From a virus (taxonomy: Duplodnaviria; Caudoviricetes): a stretch of 53,196 nucleotides of DNA. The DNA is taken from positions 1-53,196 of IMG/VR virus record IMGVR_UViG_3300036985_003763. One strand, given 5' to 3'. The notes below the pieces were generated by a model, which saw nothing but the letters and a program-made list of their open reading frames with translations, did not search any database and was not told the origin of the DNA. The translations under genes were made by a program, and so were the position numbers. This document shows positions 1 to 9,184 of the stretch, piece after piece. Within the stretch, counting starts at the first letter, position 1, and the number at the start of each line of letters is the position of its first letter.

Positions 1-11
1 TGGTTAAAACT

Positions 12-1391
12 ATGAAATTCGCACCACATAACTATCAACACAAGGCCATCAAGTTCATGCTTGAACGAGCCTGCGCGGGTCTGTTCCTAGACCCTGGTAT
101 GGGTAAGACATCCATCACGCTGGCTGCCATCAAAGTACTACGTTCGATGCGCTTGGTTCAAAAGACTTTAATCATCGCACCTTTGCGAGTGTGTTACTCA
201 ACATGGCCTGCGGAGATACAAAAGTGGGACGATTTTAATCATTTTCGTATTGAAATACTGCACGGTAGCAAAAAAGACGCTAAACTAGAGACTGACGCGG
301 ATATCTATATTACGAATCCTGAGTCGCTTCCTTGGCTGGTGGCAGCTACGGCAGGGAAACCTTTTCCCTTTGACGTCTTAGTGGTTGACGAGAGCTCGAA
401 GTTCAAGTCACCAACCTCAAAAAGATTCAGATTAATCAAGAAGTTACTGGACAAGTTCCGTCGACGTTACATTTTGACTGGCTCGCCTGCGCCTAATGGA
501 CTGCTCGACTTGTTTGGACAAGTGTACATCATGGACCAAGGTGCGACGTTCGGACCATACATAACCCACTACCGCGAGAACTACTTCTACCCATCAGGTT
601 TTGGTGGTTACGATTGGAAGCTCAAGGAAGGCTCAGAACAGAAGATACACAAGCTACTGCAACCACGCGTCATGCGTCTTGCTGCGGCGGATTACCTAGA
701 GTTACCGCCATTGATTGAGGTGAACATACCCGTACACCTACCGCCTGAGGCAATGGTTAAGTACCTTGCCATGGAGAAGAATTTAAAGACCGAAGTAGAA
801 GAAGGTCACGTGACTGCTGCTAACGCGGCGGTGGCGACGCTCAAGTGCCGTCAGATTGCGAACGGTGGTATCTACACCAATGCAGACGCAGGTGAGTGGG
901 AGAACATCCACAACGCGAAGATAGACGCTGTAGTAGACTTGGTGGATGAGCTGGAGGGGCAGCCAGCTTTAATTGCTTACGATTTTCAGCACGACTTAGA
1001 GAGACTCAAGCATGCTTTTGGTAAAGACACACCGCACATTGGTTCTGGAGTAAGCCCTACAAAAAGTAAAGAAATAGTAGATGCATGGAACCGGGGTGAC
1101 ATACCAGTATTATTAGGACATTGCCAATCAATGGCGCACGGGTTAAACATGCAGGAAGCTGGTCGCGCTGTAATATGGCACAGCCTTACATGGAATTTAG
1201 AAGACCGCGAACAGTTCATTCGCCGCGTATGGAGGCAAGGTCAACAAGGCCGTGTCTTTGTTTACAATATCATCGCACAAAATACGATTGACCATGCCAT
1301 TATGCGGGCAATTACACAGAAAGATAAAAACCAAAAGGCTTTGTTAGGCGCCCTACGCGATTACTGGGCAGAGCAAAATAACAAAATTTAA
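12..1391 (+). CDS. SNF2-family (SF2) phage helicase
   Basis: Motif I LDPGMGKT, motif II VVDESS, LTGSP motif III, HGLNMQ and RVWRQGQ (motif VI). Confidence 0.92.
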   Translation: MKFAPHNYQHKAIKFMLERACAGLFLDPGMGKTSITLAAIKVLRSMRLVQKTLIIAPLRVCYSTWPAEIQKWDDFNHFRIEILHGSKKDAKLETDADIYITNPESLPWLVAATAGKPFPFDVLVVDESSKFKSPTSKRFRLIKKLLDKFRRRYILTGSPAPNGLLDLFGQVYIMDQGATFGPYITHYRENYFYPSGFGGYDWKLKEGSEQKIHKLLQPRVMRLAAADYLELPPLIEVNIPVHLPPEAMVKYLAMEKNLKTEVEEGHVTAANAAVATLKCRQIANGGIYTNADAGEWENIHNAKIDAVVDLVDELEGQPALIAYDFQHDLERLKHAFGKDTPHIGSGVSPTKSKEIVDAWNRGDIPVLLGHCQSMAHGLNMQEAGRAVIWHSLTWNLEDREQFIRRVWRQGQQGRVFVYNIIAQNTIDHAIMRAITQKDKNQKALLGALRDYWAEQNNKI

Positions 1392-1402
1392 GGATTTTTA
1401 GT

Positions 1403-1774
1403 ATGCCGTCATTGACAATTGAACTGCCGCAGGATATTTTAGAGGCTCTAGACATCGCCACGCGTAAAAAGTTTGAAGAGGCGGTCACAAATGATGCTTT
1501 AGGTGGCATCAGCAAGTTAGAGTGGATACAAAACCACCCTGATGGTAAGAAATTTATGACAGAATGTCATCGTATGAAATACGGACATCTGACTAGTAAA
1601 GAGTTACAATTACTAACCGACGCAAGATACCGTGCTTCACTAGGTATTACCGAACGTAAAAAGTTAACTGAACGAAATATACGAAACGACCTTATTGCGC
1701 AGATACTGCGTGAGGGTCTTTTTCCTTCTCTGAAGGACGAGACCAATGTCGTTAACTTTAGACAACAAAAATAA
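1403..1774 (+). CDS. Hypothetical protein, possible ribbon-helix-helix-like N-terminus
   Basis: AAGGA RBS; in operon between helicase and primase; LTIELPQDILEALD start. Confidence 0.65.
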   Translation: MPSLTIELPQDILEALDIATRKKFEEAVTNDALGGISKLEWIQNHPDGKKFMTECHRMKYGHLTSKELQLLTDARYRASLGITERKKLTERNIRNDLIAQILREGLFPSLKDETNVVNFRQQK

Positions 1775-1789
1775 TTCAAGGCGTGATCC

Positions 1790-3835
1790 ATGAAAAGTAA
1801 ACAAGAGGCCGCAGGCCTCATTTCCGCCCCCGCTATCTTTACAGACAAGCTCGCCAGCTCAGGTCTGACACTAGAAGACGCCGAAGCACTTGGTATGAAG
1901 TTCTTAGACGATTGCTCTAAGATAGACCCACAGTTTTTAAAAGTGCGCGGTATCCTAATCCCATACTTTGGCATTGATGGTAAGCAGACAGACTTCTACC
2001 GCATACGTTACCTAGACAAGCCTAGTGGGTTTGCAGGTCAAGTTGCAAAGCCCCAACGTTACGCACAAGCTGCAGGTACATTGAACGAGGCTTACCTCGC
2101 CCCCTTAGCGCCTTGGGAGTCCATTGCGCTGCGCCCGGACATTGACATCTTAATTACAGAAGGCGAGCTTAAAGGCGCCAAAGGTACGAAGTGCGGAGTG
2201 CCATGTATTGCGCTCGGCGGTGTGAACACCTGGTCAAGCTCGAAACGTAACATCGACTTGCTTGAGCCGTTGCCTCAAATCAATTGGAAAGGCCGTACGG
2301 TTACTATTGTGTTTGATAGTGACGCGGCGAGTAATCCTAACGTTGCCTTAGCGCAGGTGTCCTTGGCAAAAAAGCTCCTCGCACTTGGCGCTTTGCCCCG
2401 TATCGCGTCCCTACCTACTACAAGTTCAGGTGAAAAACAGGGTTTAGACGACTATTTGGTCGCTGGCGGCGAGATTGAGGAAATCTTAAAAGACACTAGG
2501 GGCTTGGCGCTAGGTGAGAGGCTCTCAGAGCTGAATTCACGTTTTGCCTATGTCATAGATCAAGACCTCATCGTTGAACGCGTTAACGGGCGCCGTATAA
2601 GACGCGAATCTTTCTGCAACGGTCACTTTGCCAATAATAACATCACAGAGTACCTAACTTCAGGAAATGGTAACGTTAAGAAGGTAGAAGTAAAGGTTCC
2701 GATGGAATGGCTCCGTTGGACTGCCCGAACAGACGTTAAGACCATGACATTCAAACCCGGCAAACCGTCTATTGAGGATGGTGAGTACAACACTTGGGCA
2801 GGCTGGGCAGTCGAGCCTAAAAAGGGCAACATCAAACCATGGGCTGAGTTGCTAAGTCATATCTTCGGCGACGAGATAATGGCGCGGGACTGGTTCGAGC
2901 AATGGATTGCCTACCCTATGCAGAACCCTGGTGCGAAGATGTTCACCAGCGTAGTGATATGGGGTCCGGAACAAGGTACAGGTAAGTCGTTACTAGGTTA
3001 CACGATTGGCTCTATCTATGGCGACAACTTCACCGAGATTGGTAACGCTGAGTTGCACAGCACCTTTAACGAGTGGGCTATCAACAGGCAGTTCGTGATG
3101 GGCGATGAGATTACGGGCAGTGACCGCCGTACGGAGGCCGATAAAATTAAGGCGATGATTACGCAGAAGTTGCTACGCATCAACATGAAGAACCTGCCCA
3201 CCTACACGGTGCCTGACTGCATCAACTACTACTTTACGTCGAACCATCCTGCTGCGTTCTTCTTGGATGACCAAGACCGTCGCTTCATGATACATCGCAC
3301 TGCGCAGAAGAAAGCGGAGTCCGTTGAGTTCTACGACAACTACATTAGATGGAAGGACAATGGCGGCACAGAGGCGCTGTTCGACTACTTCCTGAACCTA
3401 GACTTGTCATCGTTCAACCCTACAGCTAGAGCACCAACAACAGCAAGTAAATTAGAGTTGATTGACCACGGTCGCTCAGACTTGAACCAATGGGTGTACT
3501 TCTTTATGGAGAATTTAGACCTAGAATTGCCACGTTTGGCGGAGTACTTGGGTGTGCCTGAAACAGACCTTGACCTTGTGCTCAACAAGCACTTGAAGTG
3601 GTTATATGACCCTAACGACAATAAGCGTGTGACATCTAATGGCATTGGTCGTGAGATGAGCCGTTGCGGTGCCAAGACACTGCCACAGACACGGACAGAT
3701 ACGTTCGGCAAACAACGCTTCTACGTACTTCGTAACGAGGAGAAGTGGTTGAACGCTAAGCCTGACACAGTGCGCGAACACGTAGATAAAGTATTCGCGG
3801 TTTCCGAGGCAATGGCTAAGGTTTCTAAGTTCTAA
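1790..3835 (+). CDS. Primase-helicase: TOPRIM-like (DUF3854-type) plus SF3 helicase (DUF5906-type)
   Basis: ITEGELKG, IVFDSD and QGLDDYL TOPRIM motifs; Walker A GPEQGTGKS, Walker B VMGDE, FTSN, DRRF. Confidence 0.9.
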   Translation: MKSKQEAAGLISAPAIFTDKLASSGLTLEDAEALGMKFLDDCSKIDPQFLKVRGILIPYFGIDGKQTDFYRIRYLDKPSGFAGQVAKPQRYAQAAGTLNEAYLAPLAPWESIALRPDIDILITEGELKGAKGTKCGVPCIALGGVNTWSSSKRNIDLLEPLPQINWKGRTVTIVFDSDAASNPNVALAQVSLAKKLLALGALPRIASLPTTSSGEKQGLDDYLVAGGEIEEILKDTRGLALGERLSELNSRFAYVIDQDLIVERVNGRRIRRESFCNGHFANNNITEYLTSGNGNVKKVEVKVPMEWLRWTARTDVKTMTFKPGKPSIEDGEYNTWAGWAVEPKKGNIKPWAELLSHIFGDEIMARDWFEQWIAYPMQNPGAKMFTSVVIWGPEQGTGKSLLGYTIGSIYGDNFTEIGNAELHSTFNEWAINRQFVMGDEITGSDRRTEADKIKAMITQKLLRINMKNLPTYTVPDCINYYFTSNHPAAFFLDDQDRRFMIHRTAQKKAESVEFYDNYIRWKDNGGTEALFDYFLNLDLSSFNPTARAPTTASKLELIDHGRSDLNQWVYFFMENLDLELPRLAEYLGVPETDLDLVLNKHLKWLYDPNDNKRVTSNGIGREMSRCGAKTLPQTRTDTFGKQRFYVLRNEEKWLNAKPDTVREHVDKVFAVSEAMAKVSKF

Positions 3836-4341
3836 AACTTGTTAACGATGGGGTCACGGACTGAAGCTAGTCCGCCTTGATAGTACATTTCTAGTATGTC
3901 GGCTTCGTCTTCTACAGGCAACACGTCTGTAGGGGCGGTACCAAAGTCATTCTCTTTGGCATACTTAGCGGCAAGGTCTATCAATTCTTGCTGTGTGTAT
4001 TTCTTACCCTTAGCGGCCTTGATACCAGCCAAGTCTTGTTGCATGTTGTCCCGCGCATTCTTAGAAAGACCGTGGTTTAGCAATTGGTAGATAATTGCCA
4101 AAGCGCTGTCCGTAGTTTCGCCGAACGGAGAACGTTGTGCCCAGTCCATAGCACCAGCATACTCAGCAGCAGTGTCACGTGGTGAACCCACAGCGCGAGC
4201 ACGACCTAGTTCGGGGTACTTAGCACTTAGTTCTAAGGGCATCGCCTCGTTGTACCAGGTCTTGTGCTTATCAAACTCTTTAGCCGCTTTTTTAGGTTTG
4301 GCTACGACTTCGGTAACTTTCTTAATTATCTCTAGTGCCAT
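3832..4341 (-). CDS. Hypothetical late protein
   Basis: Start overlaps upstream stop (TAATG); C-terminal YYQGGL motif. Confidence 0.7.
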   Translation of the reverse strand: MALEIIKKVTEVVAKPKKAAKEFDKHKTWYNEAMPLELSAKYPELGRARAVGSPRDTAAEYAGAMDWAQRSPFGETTDSALAIIYQLLNHGLSKNARDNMQQDLAGIKAAKGKKYTQQELIDLAAKYAKENDFGTAPTDVLPVEDEADILEMYYQGGLASVRDPIVNKF

Positions 4342-6305
4342 TATTCTTCTTCGCTTTGTTGTGCCCCAACTGCAGCCGCTGTACCTGCTGGGATAGTTTT
4401 AAGTACTTTCTGTAAGATTTGACGGTCGGCTGGTTGTGCGCGGCGCATTACTTCAGCCAACTTAACTGGATCCATCATTAACTCTGATAAGCTGTTAATA
4501 GTACGTTGAGTACCTACACCCTCAAAGCCTTTAAGTATTGATCTAGCAATTACCCATGCGCGATCAAGGAATTGAGGCGTGGAAATTGAATCACCAAACT
4601 TGTAGATTTCATCACGTGCTTTTTGAGCACCAGCACTTGCTAGACCTGCTTCAGTTAAGTCGCGTTTTAGCTCACCACCAATGCCTTGTACAACATTAAG
4701 TTGCTCAGGCGCCAAAGCTTCTTCTAGCGAGCCGTAGCGCGGTGCGCCCGATGCTTTTTTAAGGAAGGCTTCTTCACCAGAACCTAAGATGTTAAGGAAT
4801 GGGCCAACACGTTCCGCGCCGCCTGGACCTTCTAGTACTTGCTGTGCGCGGGCTAGAAGTTCAGCTTGGTTGACAGGCTTAGACATTTCAGAGTAAGTTT
4901 GACGTGCTTGACCGTAGGACGGTACTTTCTCTTCTAAGGCAGCAAGGTAGTCATCAACCACACTACGTGAAGCGGCTTGCGCATCGCGCCCCGCACCTGT
5001 TGCGGCAGTAGGGCCAAACGCTTTGTCTGATAACGCACGTTTAATATCGTGCAATGCTGCGCCACTGATTTCAGGGAATTCTTCCGCAGTAGTAGTAACA
5101 CCCATTAAAGAATTTGGGGTTTCTGTTGCAGGTTTATATTGTCCCATTATGAATGGACGATTCTCCATACGGGCAATGTCTTTAGCAGATGACACAGTAC
5201 CGCGTGGCATACGACCAAGCAACTCACCCAATTGAGGGTCAAGTTGTACAACAGACTGCTCTGCTTCTTTGTATAACGGACTAGTTGCGGAAGCACGTGC
5301 CATCTTAGCTTCGTCAAGATTAGGTGTAATGTTGGCTAGACGAGCCCTACGTGCAGCTTCTTGTTTGGCTTCAATAGCAGCATACTCGCTTGGGCGATAT
5401 TTTTTCATGATGTCTTGGGCGGCAGACCATTCTGCACTAGCTGCGGGTACTGCGGCTTGGCCAGCAGTTTCACCTGATTTAGCTTTCCCTAACAACGCCA
5501 TAATATCGTCGACTTTCTCGCCAGCTAATTCACGTGCTAGGCGCCCAGCATTACGCACTGAGCCACCTGGTAGGTAAGGCCGTACAATGTTACCAATAGC
5601 CTTACCACCCCAAGCAATAGGTTTGGCTGCAAGATTGATAACATCAGGAAGTATTATATTGGCTGCGGCGCCGTATCCTGCGTTTTCAACGGTTGGGTCA
5701 ATTGCGGCAGTGGACGCTGCACCTGTAATACCTTTACCTAAAAGTTGAGTACCCACATCAGCTAAGCCGCCTGAGAAATTTAAGCCTTTAGTGCTGGCTA
5801 ACGCAGTACCAAGTTTCTGAGCACCAAGCGTTTTAGCACCTGCACCCAATAAACCGCCGATAGGGGCTGTAGCTGCAATGTTACCTGCAATACGTCCGCC
5901 TTTGAAAGCTGGGTCTTCAGGGTCAATACCACCTTCTAAATTCTCTTTTAGAAATTGGGCGCGGTTTTGTGCTGGTGTAAGTTTAGTCACACCTAGTTTA
6001 TTACCCGCGTATAGGAAAGGTGACTCTATAGTAGCTAAGACGTCCTCAGCACCTTGTTTGGCGCCTCGCATAATTGGGGTTCTAGCCAATGCCTTACCTG
6101 CTTTAATTACAGTAGGCGCGCCTATTAAGCTTGTCGCATCACTTAAAACCTGACCTACACCACCAGTAGATTGTTTTTTCTCGTAGTATTGCTTAGCAGC
6201 ATACGCCAAAATCTCATCATTTGAGGCACCTATAGGTGCTCTAACAGTAGACTTTGTGCCGTCTGGGTTTTTTATAGTGACTTCACGATAGTTTTTTTCA
6301 GCCAT
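4341..6305 (-). CDS. Probable internal virion/ejection protein
   Basis: 654 aa, Ala/Gly-rich and helical; last of the large late ORFs. Confidence 0.65.
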   Translation of the reverse strand: MAEKNYREVTIKNPDGTKSTVRAPIGASNDEILAYAAKQYYEKKQSTGGVGQVLSDATSLIGAPTVIKAGKALARTPIMRGAKQGAEDVLATIESPFLYAGNKLGVTKLTPAQNRAQFLKENLEGGIDPEDPAFKGGRIAGNIAATAPIGGLLGAGAKTLGAQKLGTALASTKGLNFSGGLADVGTQLLGKGITGAASTAAIDPTVENAGYGAAANIILPDVINLAAKPIAWGGKAIGNIVRPYLPGGSVRNAGRLARELAGEKVDDIMALLGKAKSGETAGQAAVPAASAEWSAAQDIMKKYRPSEYAAIEAKQEAARRARLANITPNLDEAKMARASATSPLYKEAEQSVVQLDPQLGELLGRMPRGTVSSAKDIARMENRPFIMGQYKPATETPNSLMGVTTTAEEFPEISGAALHDIKRALSDKAFGPTAATGAGRDAQAASRSVVDDYLAALEEKVPSYGQARQTYSEMSKPVNQAELLARAQQVLEGPGGAERVGPFLNILGSGEEAFLKKASGAPRYGSLEEALAPEQLNVVQGIGGELKRDLTEAGLASAGAQKARDEIYKFGDSISTPQFLDRAWVIARSILKGFEGVGTQRTINSLSELMMDPVKLAEVMRRAQPADRQILQKVLKTIPAGTAAAVGAQQSEEE

Positions 6306-6316
6306 TTAAGTCTACC

Positions 6317-8335
6317 TTACTTTTGTTCATTAACAATTGAGAATTGGCTTTGCACAGCCTTGTTTACAGGTGCTTTCTTAGCAAACCCTTTACTACGTGG
6401 AGTAGGCTTAACTTGCGCATCTATTTGAGACCTGAAATTTTCAGGAACTGGTTTACCAGCCTGTTTGTAACTTTTTTCAAGTGCTGAGTAAGTAATCTCT
6501 TTTAGCTCATCTAAAGCAGTTTGGAATTCAGCTTCGCTAGTCCAGTTGTTAAGACGGTTAATTGCATTAGTAGCTTTTATACCTTCAACTTCTGTAATTT
6601 GACCACCACCTCTAAGTGACTCAAAGGCTTGTAAGAAGGATTTATCTTTTGTTTGTGAAAGTTTAGTCATAAAACCACCCGCTTCAGTAAACGGAAGTTT
6701 TTGCATTAGGAACATAGCAGATTTACCAACGGCTTGGGCTTTACCAGGATGTTGATCTATTTCTAAAATTGTTTTTAAAGTATCCTTAGCAGCAGACTCT
6801 GCTTTAGGTAAGTTAGCAACTGCCTCTCCCTCAGCTTTACCGATAGCAGTGGCTTTCTCTTTAACAGCCGCTTCTTGAGCTGGCGTAATAAATGGTCTTG
6901 CGCTTGGTTTTGCGGTAGTTGTTAAAGACGGTGCAACTGATGGGGCTGTCGCTGTCTGAACTGTAGCAGATGGTGCCGCTGCTGGTGTACTTGGTGCACC
7001 TGCGGCGTTCAACTCAACAAAATTAGGACCCGCTAACTTACGAACACGGTCAATGTAATTTTTGGTTTCTGTAGGTAATTTATCAAGGTTTGCACCCTCT
7101 TTAACCCATTTATCAACATTGCCTGGACCCCAATTATAGGCAGCCAAAGCGTAGACATCGTTACCGTATTTAGCACGAAGACCTGACAAGTATTTCTCAC
7201 CCCCAGCCGCGTTCTCTACTGGGTTAGTTGGGTCAACACCTAAATCTTTAGCGGTGCCTGGCATTAATTGCATGGAGCCTTGTGCACCTTTAGGGCTGAC
7301 AGCTTTAGTATTGCCACCGCTTTCAGCTTGTTGAACTGCTGCTGACACGCCAGCACCCGGTACGACGTTCGGAGCACTTGGTGCTTGGTTCATAGGGCTA
7401 GGTGGTGGGATAATGCCCGGAGCACTTGGTTCGGAGCGCGGAGCACCTGGCACTAAGTTCGACGCACCTGCACCCATACCTATATAACGTTGTTGAAGAG
7501 CATCAAGTTTTGCTTGACGATCTGCTTCCCATTGCGCGGCGCCATTAGGACCGTACGCTGCACGTGTAGAGGCATTATCAAACTCATCTTCAACTTGTTT
7601 TTTCTCTTGGATGTACTGTGGGTTAGTGGCAAGCGCAACAATACGTGGGTCACCTGAAGCAATTGTTTTTCCTGAAGCACTACCATATAAGTAGTTCATT
7701 ACTTCTCTAGCTTTAACTTCATACTCTGGCGTACCTGGTTGTAGATTTGGGTACAAATCACGCATAGTTTTACCAAAAGTACTCTTACTATCTGAACCCA
7801 TCCCTTTAATTTGCTCTTGCATGAGCAATTTTTGGATGTCGCGTTTTTGGGTCAAGCTCTCGTTGTAAGCTTCATCTGCAGCCGCATAGCCCATCTCCAT
7901 CGCTTTTAGACGGTAAGCTTGTTTTAATTGTTCTTGTTTAGAAACAACTGGCGCAACTAGCCCAGCAGCATTCGCTACACTAGCAGCAATAGATGATTGA
8001 CCGCCGCCGCGAGGAACACGACCTAATAAACCTTGGCCAATGGCTAGGAATTTTTCAGCGTCGCTAGGTTGGAACTCGTTGTAAAATTTTTGAAGTTTTT
8101 CGCGTTCTTTTTTACGTTCATCAGCCAGTTGCTTGAGGCTACCGATGTCATCTTCCTCACCAGTTAGACGCGCAATCTCATTCTCTAAAATGCTTTTAGT
8201 TTGGCTAGTAGAAGGCTTGACCGGAGGTAGGCCACCTTGAGGTGCCTGTTGCATAGGTTGCTGTTGCCCGGATTGACCGCGACCTAGGCTTTCAATTCCT
8301 GCAGCATTCAAAATATCTAATGGGGATTGTGCCAT
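6317..8335 (-). CDS. Ejection protein with soluble lytic transglycosylase (SLT) domain
   Basis: QAESGG (catalytic Glu), GAQGSMQLMPGTA and ALAAYNWGPGNV motifs. Confidence 0.9.
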   Translation of the reverse strand: MAQSPLDILNAAGIESLGRGQSGQQQPMQQAPQGGLPPVKPSTSQTKSILENEIARLTGEEDDIGSLKQLADERKKEREKLQKFYNEFQPSDAEKFLAIGQGLLGRVPRGGGQSSIAASVANAAGLVAPVVSKQEQLKQAYRLKAMEMGYAAADEAYNESLTQKRDIQKLLMQEQIKGMGSDSKSTFGKTMRDLYPNLQPGTPEYEVKAREVMNYLYGSASGKTIASGDPRIVALATNPQYIQEKKQVEDEFDNASTRAAYGPNGAAQWEADRQAKLDALQQRYIGMGAGASNLVPGAPRSEPSAPGIIPPPSPMNQAPSAPNVVPGAGVSAAVQQAESGGNTKAVSPKGAQGSMQLMPGTAKDLGVDPTNPVENAAGGEKYLSGLRAKYGNDVYALAAYNWGPGNVDKWVKEGANLDKLPTETKNYIDRVRKLAGPNFVELNAAGAPSTPAAAPSATVQTATAPSVAPSLTTTAKPSARPFITPAQEAAVKEKATAIGKAEGEAVANLPKAESAAKDTLKTILEIDQHPGKAQAVGKSAMFLMQKLPFTEAGGFMTKLSQTKDKSFLQAFESLRGGGQITEVEGIKATNAINRLNNWTSEAEFQTALDELKEITYSALEKSYKQAGKPVPENFRSQIDAQVKPTPRSKGFAKKAPVNKAVQSQFSIVNEQK

Positions 8336-8344
8336 GGTTTTGCC

Positions 8345-9184
8345 TTATTTATTAAATGTACCGTATATGCTTGCTGCGGTGCCTAACGCTTGCATTAATG
8401 GCGAAGCCGCCATAGTGTTATCATACATCGGTGATGAGGTAGCTGCTGGCATTTTCTGACCGTTTACTAAATCGCTATACCAGCTTAATTGTTGTGCTGG
8501 GTAGTCACGTTGATTTTTAAAGTCACCGTAAGCTAAGTCGTAGCTTCTTTGTGTTTGGTTTTGGTTTTGAGTACCAACAGCATTTAAGTTATTTGAAGCT
8601 GTAGAACCCAAGTTAGCACCTGTCACTGCATTACCTAATGCATTTTGATGCCATGTACGATACTCATCTAGCGCACTATTATAACCTGACTCAAGCGCCT
8701 TTGCTTGTTGACCAAGCAAGTTGTAGTTCTCGTTTTGAATGGCTTGATTAGTAAAGTCCGCATTACGGGTAGAGCCGAACTGACCTGCACCCGCAAAAGT
8801 AGTGTTTACTTGCGGTAGAGTAGACTGCATTAAGTTTAAGTTACTTACACGGCGCATTTCGTCCACTACGTTTTTAGTGTACGGGGACATGTACTTGTTA
8901 ATTTGCTCAGGATCAAAACCACTTAGACCATACTGAACAGCGCTTGCCAACGCATCCTTGTTAGGCGTTATACCAGCCGCAATGTCGCGTTGCATTTGTT
9001 GGGCATTTAATGAGTCTGCTGTTAGGTCCGAAAGACGTGGACCTGCGTAGCCTTGGTATGGTGCACCAGCAATTGCTGCACCTTGACCCGCAACAGTTCG
9101 CAACGCCTGCATTTGAAAGTCAGGCGTAATTGGTGCTGTACCCAAGTCTGTTAGGGCTGCATTAGTTCCTGTAGTAATTGCCAT
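8345..9184 (-). CDS. Probable pilot/ejection protein
   Basis: Gln/Ala-rich; YMSPY, GAGQFGSTR and DFKNQRDYP motifs typical of podovirus ejection proteins; gene position. Confidence 0.6.
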   Translation of the reverse strand: MAITTGTNAALTDLGTAPITPDFQMQALRTVAGQGAAIAGAPYQGYAGPRLSDLTADSLNAQQMQRDIAAGITPNKDALASAVQYGLSGFDPEQINKYMSPYTKNVVDEMRRVSNLNLMQSTLPQVNTTFAGAGQFGSTRNADFTNQAIQNENYNLLGQQAKALESGYNSALDEYRTWHQNALGNAVTGANLGSTASNNLNAVGTQNQNQTQRSYDLAYGDFKNQRDYPAQQLSWYSDLVNGQKMPAATSSPMYDNTMAASPLMQALGTAASIYGTFNK